From Balamuthia mandrillaris (lineage: Eukaryota), in the NCBI GenBank assembly GCA_031835245.2, contig JAVKOQ020000009.1, forward strand, positions 248,001-312,000: a DNA stretch of 64,000 nt, in the 5' to 3' direction. Below are positions 1-12,499 of the stretch, piece by piece. Each line of letters starts with the position of its first letter. Position 1 is the stretch's first letter. A program made the translations under genes and the position numbers. Below the pieces are notes generated by a model. The model was not told where the DNA came from. It did not search any database and saw only the letters and a program-made list of their open reading frames with translations.

Positions 1-33
1 GTAGACAAAAGAAAAAAAAAAGGAGGAAGATCA

Positions 34-1656
34 TCACTTGGGTTGGGGAGGCTGGTAAGGGGTGAGCAACATTTGGGAGAAAGCGCGAAGGGACTCCACC
101 CCGCGAATCTCCTCCTTTTGCAAGGGAAGCCTCACCACGTGGAAGTCCTCGTAGAGGTCATAGATCTGCTCTATATACTTGGATTGCATCCGTGAACGAG
201 CAATACAAAGGTCACAATCCTCTGCGATAGGTCATTGGCAAGTGAGAAACGCGTTTTTGTTTAAAGAAAAAAAACAAAAGTATTGAAAAGAAGAGGAAGA
301 GAGAGAGAAAGAGAGAGAAAGAGAGAGAGAAAGTGAAAGAGGGAGGGAGAGAGGGAGAGAAGCAATAGAACAGCATAATTACTTTTCTCAGGAAAGAGGA
401 CTTGGTTGATGATGATGTTTTGCGTGTCGATTTCAAACTTGTTCAGCTCCTGAACAAGACGTTCTGTTTCATAGAGGGACAAAAACTCAGGAATACAGAC
501 GCAAATGAATGTTGTCATGTCCTAATTAAAAAATAACGCGTAAGAACATAGAAACATTTTCTTGTAGAAATGAGAAAGCAACAAAGAGGAAAGAGAGGAA
601 AACATACAGGATTCTTAAATTGGGTGTTCACTTCCTCGATGATCTTCTTTGTTTGTTCCATCTTGCCGGTCATGAGTTCCTCACTATCGCCCATGTTGAA
701 CATTGATGTTATCTGGTTTTATGTAAAAGTTAGAAAATAGCAAACCCAAGGTTACAAACGAACGAAATGGACAGGAACAAAAGCAAGATAGAGAGAGGAA
801 GATATAAGTGGCAAGAAGAAGAGAGAAGGCAAAAATTTGAAGGACCAACCTGTTGGAAGAGGCCGCCAAATTTGGACTTGAGGGACATGAGCTTGCCAAT
901 TCCTTTCTCCAACAAGCTGGGGAAAGATAACAAGCGCAGCGTATGGCCAGTTGGCGCTGTGTCGAACACAATCACGGAAAACTTCATGCTTTGTACCAAT
1001 CTAACAGTGGTGTTTAAAAGAAATAAGAGGGAGCAAAGAACACAGTCTGAGGGAACGAAGAAGAAGAGGGAAGGGAACAGAAAGAAGTGGGGAAAGGAAA
1101 GGGAGCACTTACTTCATTACTTCAGCAAAGCCCATGGCCTCGTCAATGCCAGGCAAGGAGTTTGTGAGCTCCTCCAACATGGCGCTGCCTGCCTGTACAC
1201 CCAACATAGACTCCAGCTCTTCCGACTCCACAGTTGGATCGATTTCCTGTCGTTTTTTATTTTCCACAGGAAAGTGACAAAGAGAAAGAGAAGTAGAAAA
1301 GAGAAAAGAGAAAAGAGGAGGGAGAGGAAGAGCGTTAGTGAAAGGAAATCAGATTGAAAAAAAAAACGCACCATTGCAAAGAGGTTATCAAAGCCATGCA
1401 CAGCAGTGGGCTCCTTGGTGAACTTCTGTCCAAAGGCGTCGCTGAGGTTGTGAGCAGGGTCCGTGGAGATGATCAGCACAGACTCCCTGCGCTTGGCCAG
1501 CTGCACGGCCACGCTACAGCTGCACGTGGTCTTTCCCACGCCTCCTTTGCCCCCCACAAAGATCCATTTGAGTGACTCCTTCTCCACCAGGTTCACCAAC
1601 GTGGGCTCAAGCTCTTCGAAATCAGAGTCTTCTGCATCGAGTTGTGGCTTCTCCAT
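34..1656 (-). CDS. ASNA1: GET3/ASNA1 (ArsA-family) ATPase for tail-anchored protein targeting, multi-exon
   Basis: [15 protein letters not shown]-loop, [51 protein letters not shown]. The last exon reads [31 protein letters not shown] with its stop at 34-36. Confidence 0.95.
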
Positions 1657-1978
1657 TTTTTTGATTTATTTTTTTTTCTACTCGCTTCTCTCTCCTCTCT
1701 CCTCTCTCTTGTGCGCTTCGTTCGTTGCTTGTATTTTTAGTCGACCCAAACATTTTTTGTAGACCAACAACCGATGACGTGTTGGCTTTCGAGGTCAAAT
1801 TCATCTGCAGGTCTGAAGGATTCGTGCTGTTTTTTGAGGGGAATTTTTTTTGAAAAATGGTTGGACAGAAAGAGATCGCTAACACACAAGTGTTAGTTGA
1901 ACGGTAAAACATGTTTGGGCGAGTTCTTCTTCCAGTACCTCCCCGAAGGCCGGGCTTTGTTCGTTCGAGAAGGTTGTC

Positions 1979-3504
1979 TTACGATGAAGGAGTGACTTGT
2001 ACGCGAAGAATGACAAGAGGGGCATCGGATGGAAGCGTGTCCGTAGTAAGCAATGGCTGATGCAGCGGCCAGAGTCTCATGTCTCTGTCGACGAGCCCGC
2101 ACTGAATTATCACCACGAAAGACTTTGATTGTTGGCTCCTGTTTTGTTTCCCTTTTTCATCTTCATCTACTTCTTCTTCGTCTTCGTCATCTTCCTCTTC
2201 TTCCTCTCTTCGTTCACTTGGATGGGAGCTTGTTGGAAAATGCAACAAGCAAGTGGCAGTAAAGGAGTCATCGCGAGGTTTTACGTGCAAAAGTTTCACG
2301 TCCTCTCCAGAAAAATCCATTCGTTCCTTTTGAAGAATATAAATTAATGATAACGAGAAGAGAGAAGAGAGAGAAGAGAGAGAAGAGAGAGAAGAGAGAA
2401 GAGAGAAGAGAGAAGAGAGAAGAGAGAAGAGAGAGAAAGAGAAGAGAGAGAGAAAGAGGAGAGAGAAGAGAGAAGAGAGAAGAGAGAGAAGAGAGAAGAG
2501 AGAAGAGAGAGAGAAGAGAGAAGAGAAGAGAGAAGAGAGAAGAGAGAAGAGAGAAGAGAGAAGAGAGAAGAGAGAAGAGAGAAGAGAGAAGAGAGAAGAG
2601 AGAGAAGAGAGGAGAGAGAGAGAGAGAGAGAGAAAAGAAATGAATACAGAAGGGAGCAGTTTGGCTTGGGCTTGTTGGAGTTGTTTAAAGGCCTTTTCTC
2701 GCATAGTGCATATCCGAAGTTGCACATTTTGAATTTCTTAGGTTTCGTTAGTTAGCACTATAAACACAAGCAAATAGACATTAAACATGTAGAGGAGGAG
2801 GTACTATGTTTTTGTGGGACAGCAGGAGCAGCATTAACAATCAGACCAGAAATGTCCAACACCAAACCCGAAGTGCTTGATAGTTGATGAATCGTGCCTA
2901 CGCTTTGGGTGACCGTCTTAGATTGTAGCGTTGTTGATAGCTTAAAACCAAAAGAGGTGAACGAGTCAATGTAAAGAAAGCAAGAGGAAGCGAGCAAAAG
3001 AGAGACAAACCTGAACAGAGATGGATGGTTTGCAACAAAAGAAATATGGTGGATAGCAAGCGGGTACTTTACAAAGCAATTCATAAACGATTTCCTCTAA
3101 ATACTTTGCACAATCAAGCCGACTAAGTGAGATACTTCTGAAGCTGCCATGGATAGTTCTCTGCGAATAAAAGAAAGAATCTATCAACTATTTCGAAAAA
3201 TCAATGGAAAATAAAAGCTGAAAAAAGATCAAACATGTTGTTCTTGGGAGCGGTGCTGGTAGAGTTTTAAGATCATTCGAGAACAGGCGTGGTAGAGAGG
3301 GGGCTGGGCGCTAGATGATTCTTCGGTACCAAATGCTTGTGGTAGGCTTTGTAAAACAAGAACACATTATTAGTTCGGATACGTTAGTACTCGCGGAAGA
3401 TAAAAGTCTTACCTGGCTTTCCTGATTTCATCTTCAGCTAGCATCTCCATGAGAAACGCTAGAATGGAGCATGCAGTTGTGTGCCTAAAGCGTGTATAAC
3501 AAAA

Positions 3505-3541
<37 letters not shown>

Positions 3542-5774
3542 AAAAGTAAATATAAGTAAAAAGGAAAATGCATACGCTTCAAGCAGCAAGTAGCTGCTCT
3601 GATCAATATCAAAAAAGGAATGCTTGAGATTGGCGAAAGTTTCAGCAAGACGGAGAAACATATTGGCAGCAGAGCGTGCCGAGGAAGAGAGATATCTGCT
3701 CAATGGCGCCTGAAGAGGGATTTCACGGATGACGGCCAGCGTGGTGATCAATGTTTGCAGGTAGTTTGTACGAAGTTCTAAATAATGTTGCTGGAAATAA
3801 AGAGGGCTGGATGGTGTAACTGCACTCTGTTTGAGCAGCATTTTTCCAAAGAAAAGGTGTTAAAAAACTGACACCCCAAAAAACGTAGTTTTTGGTTAAA
3901 AAAAGAAAGAAGGCAGTGATACCTTAATAAGCGTTTGAGCGCGATGAAGCGAGACCAACACATTATCCATGGTGATGATGTTTCCAGACATTGCTTCTGA
4001 GCTTGAGGCGGAGGTCTGGTTATTTGTTTGGCGACAAAGAAAGGATGAGGCATTAGTCTCTGCCTCAGAGATGATAGCAAGCGCTTTCAGCCAATAAAAG
4101 AAGAACTCCGATTCCACTCTTTGGCTTAGGGCTTCGAATATATCAGAAGAAAGAGCGTGGTATGCATGACAAAAGGCGTGGCGACCGATCATGAAGCAGC
4201 TCCAGTCGTAGTTGTCGTTTTTCCTTAATAACTCTTCCGTTAGTGGCAACAATAACTTCATTGGATCGCATTGCTGTTGTTTGGTATTGCCGTAGGCTAT
4301 GAAGAAAACACGAAAGAGTGTGTGCTGATGCAGTTTGAAGGACACATACAATAAAATGAGATAGCGAAGAATAGGTGGATAAAGGAGCAGGAAGCAACGT
4401 ACCAATAAAGAAGAGGGCAACACAGAAGGTCCAGAAAGACATTTAAGTACATAAGACGTGAGGTGTGGCAAATAGGGTAGAAGAATAGAGGCTGCTGAAT
4501 TTTTGGAGTCGTGGAGCTCCAGTACACCAGCTGAAACATTGATACAACACTTGAGTAAACATTTACAAAGCAAAACAGCGGAATCATCTGAAGTTTACAA
4601 AGCAATGAGTTGAAAGAAAAAAGAATTATAAGAAAAAAGAGAAGAAAAGCGCGTACAAGAGACGGAAGGTAATAGTGACACAGTCATGCGAGCCACATCG
4701 GAAAGAACGGACGGTTTGCAAGTTACCAGCCGCGTCAAAGAAGTCAAGTAGCCTTTCAATGCCGAGTTGGTAATCGCTTGTTCCTGACGTTGCTTTAGTA
4801 CTGTTTCGTCGTCACTATCTCCTTCTCGTCTTTCACCTCCTTCCGTTCGGTTCTTGTTTTCTTCCAGTTGCATGTCTTCCTGTTCGATTGTTGTTTCTCT
4901 TCCTTTTCCTTGTTCTTGTACCTTTTCTTCCAACAGGCAGCAGCTAACAAGCGTACAAAGTGAATCCGCCAAAATATACAACAACGGATCGTCTGTTTCT
5001 TCTTTTTTCTGCTCTTCCTGTTCTTTGACCTTTGGGTTTTCCACATCCATCATTATTGCAGCTCCCATTTTCTCCTTTCTTTCGCTGTTTCTGCGTTTTG
5101 TCGGTTGTGAAATGAAGATCGTTGTCACCACTTCTGCAGCTAGCGCACTGAGTATCTTGTCGTGATGGTACATCAACTCTTCCAACACATCAAACGGAGG
5201 AGGTAACAACGCCAGTAACTCATCTTCTTCTCCACGTTCTTTTTCTTTGTCGTTCTCTTTTTCTTTTCGTAGGCTGCTACTTTGTTGCTGCGCTTTTCGC
5301 AAAAATGGAGAATCATACTGCTTCGAAAGAGTCCTTAGCAAGACGAGAATGGAGCGCAAGACGGGAGTGTAAGCCGAACGGCTCAACATGTCTATCAAGT
5401 CGGACGTTCGGAAAGGATCGTGATCCTCGTCTTCGGTTCGAGTGATCCATGTGCTGTGGCGAGCAGCGAATTTGTTAAGATTGCTCAAGCAAAGCAATTT
5501 TGCGCTCAATCGTGGATCTTCTTTCAAGTATTTCAGCAGCAGCTCTATCTATGGAGAGTGAGAAAAAGCCCTCTTTGTAAGAACTGAAGGGAGGAGGGAG
5601 AGCGAGAGAGCGGAGAATTGAATGGTGCTAACCTGTGAGGGCACGTTTAATAAAGATCTGTGACTGAGACATGAAAGAGTGTCCAATGTCGTTAATACGA
5701 ACTCTTTTGTTGGAAATACGTCCAATAACTGTGTGCAAATCGTTCTCGCCTAACCCAAGAAAATCCATCAGACC

Positions 5775-5819
<45 letters not shown>

Positions 5820-6308
5820 GGAGAGGGAGAGGGAGAGAGAGGGAGAAACAAAGGTTTGAAGAAAACCTTGGCAGACATTTGAGCATCATGGTGCATGTGC
5901 CGAAAGATGCGTATGATAGTAAGCTTGGTTTCAGGAGGAGTGGTAAGCGCGTGTATCCTGGTGGCCAGCTGGTCGATGACACTGGTCGCAAACACAGGAG
6001 AGTGGGCACAGATCCTGTCCATGGCGAATAACGTGGCCTGCAGCTCAAGCTCGTGGTATGACCCCAAACAATTTCGTATCCTATAGCATAGAATAGTGGC
6101 TTAAAAATAAGAATACAGAAAAGATGAAAAGGAGCAAGAGCAAGAGCAAGCACAAACAACAGGGCCAACCGAGAACAAAAGAGAGAAAGGGACAGGAGAG
6201 AGCTAAATACCCATGCTGAATAAGAAGGTGGTTTGCAACAAGGTGAGGAACACTGGAAAGGGTTCTGCAGTGCAACAACAAGTTAGTTCGTGATAGTACA
6301 GGAGGTGC

Positions 6309-6345
<37 letters not shown>

Positions 6346-6952
6346 AGATGAGAGTAGATGTGTGTGAGGGAGAGAGAGAGACAGAGAGAAAGTGTGGGAG
6401 CATGGAGAACGAGAGAGCAAAGAGAAGAAGGAGGTATTCACCGTAGAGTGAGGGCACGTGCAATGGGGTCATTGCTCTGCAACACGCTGTGTATGCGACG
6501 CAGGACGTCCTCTATGCTGAGTATGTTGCTCAACTGGGACTCGCTCCTCCGCAAAATGAGGCAAATGCAATACCTCACAAAGTTTGTCCTGTTTGTTTTT
6601 TGGTGTTGAGATGAGCGGTGGGATGAGCTGTTGATCCCTTTTTACTGGGAGAGCTGAAGGTTTACCCAGTTCTGAACAAGTAAGAAAGCTTCAGGGCAGC
6701 GGTGTTGACAATGATGGGCCAAGGAAAGCTGGACAGCAGCCTGCCAAAGAAGATGACGGCCTCCACCTGCTCCCCGCTCTTCTCGGAGCGAAGGCCTCGA
6801 TCCAGCTCCAGCAAGATCTGGAGCGGCTCCACCGCATTTTTCTTCTCCGAGAACAAAGGGAACAGCGAATTCGGAGGCAAGGAAGTGGAAGCAGAGGAGC
6901 CCGCAGAGCGCACCGCCAGCGCGGAGGAAGGCGCACTCCCTCCTCCTTCCAT
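1979..6952 (-). CDS. INTS7: Integrator complex subunit 7, multi-exon
   Basis: N-terminal LLELDRGLRSEKSGEQVEAVIFFGRLLSSFPWPIIVNTAALKLSYLFRTG, SNDPIARALTLR and KLTIIRIFRHMHHD match the recalled INTS7 N-terminus. GT-AG introns join the exons; the C-terminal end is approximate. Confidence 0.88.
2355..2635. repeat. (GAGAA/GAGAGAA)n intronic microsatellite
   Basis: Visible tandem purine repeat inside an INTS7 intron. Confidence 0.9.
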
Positions 6953-7141
6953 CACTTTTTTTTTTTTGGAGTAATTTGGACAAAATTTTCTTGTGTTTGC
7001 ATCCATTTCAAGTAACACAACGCTCTGATGACGTCACTAGGGTCAGCGGAAATGGAGTGCAGGGTGCTGATGTCATGCGTTTTTTTATTCTATGTAACGG
7101 GACAAAAAGTGTCTAACATTGGCTTGCCTGCATTCCTCTCT

Positions 7142-7927
7142 CTAGTGCATCTTTTCTTGCACCTTGCCGCTGGTGCTCGCGGATGAGCTGGAAGAGGAGG
7201 AGCTGCCTTCCTCCAAGCCGGACAATCTGTCCTCCCTGACCAGCACCTCAAACACGTCCTTCTGCACCTCCTCCCCATTGAAGGCCAGGGTCATGCCGCC
7301 TTTCAGATGGCTGCCAGCCTTGCCGGGGTGCACGCCCCCTGCGTGCTTGGCCCTGGCGATGAAAAGGGGCTTGCCGTCCTTCTCCTGACCCGCCTGCAGG
7401 GCTCCTTTCGGCATGTCCACCAGCGTGGCCAGGTGTTCCCCCAACGGCCGTCCCAAGGGACCCTTGTACCTGTCCCTCCAATCATGCAAGCCGGTCGTGG
7501 CGGCTGCGGGTCGTCCAGAGGGAGCCGTGGCCTCTTGTTGTTGGCCGCCATGCTCCCTCCTCCATTGGAGCTTCTCCCGTTCCAGCTTCTTGGAGGGCAC
7601 CCTCTTCCAGTGCAGCTCCACCCAGTCCTTCGGGTCCTCCACGCACAGCACCTCGTACTCCCCCCCTTCGCCCGCTGGCTGCGCAGGAGGAGGCCTCCTC
7701 TCCGCAGCGGCGCCGCTCGTGGCCATCATGGGCCTGCCCCCCACGAGCTCCCTCCCCCCAAAGCCGAAATGGCAGTCCTTGAGGTGCGGCCCGGCTTTGC
7801 CCAGGTGCACGCCCCCCTCGTGGGGCTTCCTGGCGATGTAGAGCGGGGTCCGCCCGTCCGCCTCGTACCCCGCCACCAGGGCGTTGGCCGGCGGCGCCTC
7901 TCCCGCTTTCACTTTGCACCAACTCAT
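7142..7927 (-). CDS. DM9-repeat (DUF3421) protein, two repeats, intronless
   Basis: ALVAGYEADGRTPLYIARKPHEGGVHLGKA...YEVL and ALQAGQEKDGKPLFIARAKHAGGVHPGKA...FEVL. Confidence 0.85.
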   Translation of the reverse strand: MSWCKVKAGEAPPANALVAGYEADGRTPLYIARKPHEGGVHLGKAGPHLKDCHFGFGGRELVGGRPMMATSGAAAERRPPPAQPAGEGGEYEVLCVEDPKDWVELHWKRVPSKKLEREKLQWRREHGGQQQEATAPSGRPAAATTGLHDWRDRYKGPLGRPLGEHLATLVDMPKGALQAGQEKDGKPLFIARAKHAGGVHPGKAGSHLKGGMTLAFNGEEVQKDVFEVLVREDRLSGLEEGSSSSSSSSASTSGKVQEKMH

Positions 7928-8428
7928 GTTTTTACTTTCTCTGGTGGTGTGTTGTTGTTGCTGCTGTAGCTTTGGTTGTTATAAAAAAAGTTTGAAACTG
8001 TGAATGTTTAACAAAAGAGAGAAGAGAGAGAAAGAGAGGTTGAACGGTGGAAGAGAGAAAGAGAGAACTGAAGAAGAAGAAGAAGAAGAGGTTTTGAAGA
8101 AAAGTTCAGAAAGAATGCAGAAAATCGGAGTGGAAGTGCTGAGCATTGCACAGACAATTCCACACATGAAAAAACAAAGAAAAGAAAAGAAAAGAAAAGA
8201 AAAGCAAAGCGTTGAGAAACATTAGGCATGAGGAAGAAACGACATCAAAGAAAGAAAGGAAAGAAACAAAGAAACAAAGAAAGAAAGAAAGAAATAAACC
8301 ACAAGAAAGAAAGAAACGACAAGCAAGCAAGACAGAAACAACAAGAAAGAACCGCAGAGCAGAGCAAAGTAAAATAGCTATCTATGTTACGGGAGCGATG
8401 ATCGCAACGCTGCAAAGCAAGAGCGCTT

Positions 8429-9528
8429 TTACCACCCGGTCACATGATGGGCGGGAAGAGGGGCATCCGGACGGAAGGAGAGGTTGACTCCATGACAGCA
8501 CATCTGCACGGCGGGATACAAAGGTCCCTTGATCCCACGAAGCGGCTCGTCCAGCAACGGCAGGCCGTTGTGGTAAAAGTTGAGAAGGCCTTGCCCGCTG
8601 GTGTTGTCGTAGAGGACTCCCACCCTGCTGCCCGAGCGGAAGGTTATGGGCTTTTTTGCCTTGTTCAGGGTCTTGCCACGGTGTTCCACCACCCCAAAGT
8701 TCAGATTGAATGCCCATCCTGTTGTGTTGAGTGTGCTTGTGTGTAAGCAAGAAAGGAAGCGTGGTCATGATCAAAAGGGTTTGCAGTTGCGACGCAAGCA
8801 GGGGTACCTTTTTTGCTAAAGTTCAACGGATAGACCCGAGCGCCTGCATAAAAGGGCAGGTCAGACCTCACCGCGATGGGCAGGTCCTTCAAAGGGACCC
8901 CCGTGACCACCCCAACAGCCGTCTGACAGCCCCAACCGTCCTGCCTGGACTTTAGCCTGCAGAGCACCTCAAAGTAGGTGACACAGTTGCCAGGCATCCT
9001 GGTGGTGGCGGTCACAACGCAGCCGAGAGGCAGGGTGTTGCCGCAGGGAGAGGGGCGTTTTACGACCGTGCGCAGCGTCTTGGAAAGCGCGATGTACTCG
9101 GGCTCGCTGACGTCGTTGGGATTCCAGGTGGAGCGGTGAAAGAGGGCCGCCCACAAGGCAGGGTCATTGGCGTCGCTGAACCAGGTCTTGCAGGTGCGAA
9201 GGGCTGCGGCCAGGCCTCTGTCGTCCAGGAAGGAGAAGACGTGTTGCCTGATCTCGGGAAGAAGGCATAAAATGCTGAGAGCAGGCTTTGATGAAGCGGC
9301 TTTGACGGGCGCAGCGGCAGCGGGAGGAAGCGGGGAGGAAGCGGGACAAACGTGCTCGGGGTGTGGGCGTGTGCCGCAGCAATCGGGGCAGGTGCACAGC
9401 GGAAGCAGGCCCAGCTGCTTCATGCGTTTGGAGTAGCACTGCGGCAAGTGAAATAGCAGGACCTCATTCGGCAAGACCTGCTTGCACAACGGGCAGGAGA
9501 AGGCACTGGGGTCCTGTGGTTCTTGCAT
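8429..9528 (-). CDS. Zinc finger + F-box + SPRY-like protein
   Basis: CPLC-x11-H-x3-C at the N-terminus; F-box LLPEIRQHVFSFLDDRGLAAALRTCKTW; SPRY-like YFEV...VGVV and FRSGSRVGVLYD...LNFYHNG...LYPAV. One intron. Confidence 0.75.
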
Positions 9529-9920
9529 TGCTCGCTCAGAAGAACTCTTTGCTGCCTGATGTCGACATAAATTCCCCAGTTCGACACCCACCAACAACAA
9601 CTACCAATGCCGACAGATGAAAAGAAATGGCAAGGGAAAAACGGGCAGCGAAAGAGTCCTGCGCTTCCCTGCTACAGGTTGCGGGGAAAATTAGTGTCGA
9701 CCAGGACCACTCTCAAACCAAACCATTGCGCGTTTGTCGGAAATTTAAATATTTCGAAAAATATTGTCCAGTATTAAATAATTCGTGATTATCGCTCGCT
9801 TAATTTGAGTTTAACAACTTTTCGTGGAAGAATCCAATTCTTTGATACAAAAAGGGAACTTGTAACGCGTCGGCCAGTCTTTCGTTTCATCACGCTGGTG
9901 CGTAAGTTAGTTTTTGACGA

Positions 9921-11330
9921 ATGCACCGGTCACGCCAGAAACGTAAACGCAGGGACATAACCCCGCCCAAAGCGCATGACCAAACGGAGGAGGAATCCAG
10001 CGAAGAAGAGATTGACCAGGCTTCCTCGCTCCGCCGTTGCTTCACCCCGCTCTCCACTGCCGCCAAACTCCAAGCCGTCGGAGAGGTAGAAGCTGGAGCC
10101 ACACAAGACTACTGGTTCCATCCAGGTGATGACTTTGAGGAGGTTCCACTGCCCAACCATCGTGATGACTACCTCGCGCAGCACAAGGTCAGAGGACAAC
10201 CATTCGACAAATGGAGAGTCATCAACTTCACCCCGGTCGCACCTGCCAAGTCCACCATTTATCTGGTTCCAGTGGGAGAGTTCTCCGCAGAAACGCAAAA
10301 CCTGCAGTTTGACTTTTTGGAGGCATTGAAAGACTTTACCAGCCACTTTTATCTAGGAATGAAAGTCACTCTTCTGCCTCCTGTCGACTTGTGCTTCATC
10401 AAACAAGAAAACGAAGAGGAGGAAGAAACGTTGTCAGCTTACCTTGAATATTCGCCCCCTGCCTCATCGTCCTTACGGAGACGAAAGCATCGGGCTGACA
10501 TCGTGGCGAGACGTGCTCATGAGTATGACATCGAAGACGCCTTGCCGGATGCACGTCAGCTGTACATCGATTCGGTGTGCAACTTTCTGGTCAAGATAAA
10601 GCCGAAGGATGCACGGTGCTTGGTGGGCGTTACCATGGAAGATCTTTATTGCTCCACTGATGACTCCTTCACGATGGGGCTTGCTCATTCAGGCAGAGTT
10701 GGGTTGTTTTCCTTTGGTCGTTATCATCCTGGCAAGGTAGAGCAGCTTCTTCATCCTCTCCTTTTATTCGGATACGTTTGCCTTATTATTATTTAGGTTT
10801 GGAAGCAAAGCGACCTTGAGGAAAGAGAAAGAGCAGAAAGACGAAAAAGAAGAAGAAGAAAAGGAAGACCCACCAAAAAACAAAAGCAGAAAGCTGAGGA
10901 AGCCACAGCAACTAAAAAGCAGCAGGAGCTCTATGTCCTGTTAAATAGGAGCTGCAAGGTGTTGGTACACGAGTTAGGCCATCTCTTTGGCATTGGTCAC
11001 TGCATCTTCTGGAACTGTTGCATGAACGGCAGTGGTCACTTGGAGGAGGATTACCGCCAGGCCATGCACCTCTGTCCAGTAGATCTCCACAAGCTGCAAC
11101 ACTGTCTAGGTTTCGACGTGGTGGAGCGGTATCGTAGAATGGAGACCTTCTACAGGCAGCATGTAGACGGCTTTGAGGAGGAGTTGAAGTGGATCCAACA
11201 ACGGTTATGCTTCCTATCGGAGCAACAACAGCAAAGAAAAGAAGGAGAAGGAGAGGAAGAGGAGAAAGATGAAAAGAAAAAGAAAGGGAAAGAACCAAGT
11301 CCTACGAGTAAACTGATAGTGTTGGAGTAA
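9921..11330 (+). CDS. Archaemetzincin (peptidase M54, AMZ2-like) zinc metalloprotease, 2 exons
   Basis: HELGHLFGIGHCIFWNCCMNGS...LCPVDLHKL metzincin plus Cys motif; GVTMEDLY; GT-AG intron at about 10737-10796. Confidence 0.9.
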
Positions 11331-11361
11331 TAACAAGTTACAAAAAAAAAAAAAAAAACGA

Positions 11362-12423
11362 CTAGACTCCTTCGTTCCTTTGCCAGTCCGATGGAACGCT
11401 GCCCACGGACTTCATTCGCAACCTGACGGCAACGCCCGAGTTATAAATGTTGGCCATCGGCCACAACCTTTTGCTTTGCGGATGAAGCGGAACGGTCTCA
11501 GCCCACTGGCCATCAAGAAAGTATTGGATCTCCCTCCGGGCAAAGTCCAACAACGCGCCCACCACCTGTCCTCCCTTCCACCATTGACACACCCTGCGCG
11601 TCCCCGAGAAGGAGGTTGGCCTCCCAAGCACTTCATCATGGCGCACAGAAAATAACGTGGATGAGAAAGGAGCCACTAGAAATGGACCCTTAAGAACGAA
11701 AGCCATGGCCATGAGGAAGCGTACCGCTGTGTGAAGCGCTCCTGTTGTTGCCCCAGCTGTAACATACCTGGCTTTGTTCGGCATGGTCCGCGAATTCACG
11801 CCTACAAGGGTCAAAGCCGTCGTCTATGAAGCCCACGCTCCAGATGTAGTCGTTGCACTTCTCGATGTGAAACTCGAGAGCGACGATGCCCGAGCTGAAG
11901 CTCTGTTTGCTGCGTATCGTCAAGTACGCGGAGGGCTCTGCGCCTCTGATGAGGAAGATGAGTTGGAGTACGGTGCGACGAGAAGGAGGGAGGAAAGGTA
12001 TTACTGTGGCCAAACCAACAAACTGGGGCTGGGAAAGGAGAGCCTGTCTGCCAGGTGCTTGGTAGCTCCCTCTTTGGGATCCCAAGCCAAACAAGAATCT
12101 TGAAAAGAAAAAAAAGTGGTTGTAGAGAATGAGAAAGAGAAACACGACAGAGAGAACGAGCGAAAGAGATGGAGAAGCCACGCATAGGAACCTCGATAGT
12201 GGTGGAACCAGGAGGGTTGCTCCTCCGTAATGTTCAGCACGCCGAGGTCCCGCTCGCAACGAGCCCGCCACACGGTTTCCTCCAACACGGCAGCCAAACA
12301 GGTGGAGGAGAGGAGGAAGCAGGAGGGATAAAGCTCCTTGGTGGGAACGAAGCCAAAGATCATGGCCAGGACCTCCCTGGGCAGCTCCTCCAGCTGCACC
12401 CCTTCTTCCTTGTTGCTCTCCAT
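11362..12423 (-). CDS. F-box/SPRY-domain protein, tandem copy 1
   Basis: F-box LEELPREVLAMIFGFV; SPRY-like IRSKQSFSSGIVALEFHIE, WSVGFID, VVGALLDF...IQYFLDG, LWPMAN. Confidence 0.85.
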
Positions 12424-12499
12424 TTTCTTTATTGCCTGTATCCTATATTGTTCAAGACGTCATGAATGTCGACGACCATGGCTGCTGGTGCCGCTTGTG

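Noticed and set aside
7026..7070. TGATGA...CTGA as a C/D snoRNA
   Set aside because: Only about 35 nt between the boxes and no rRNA-like guide; better explained by a TGACGTCA promoter motif.
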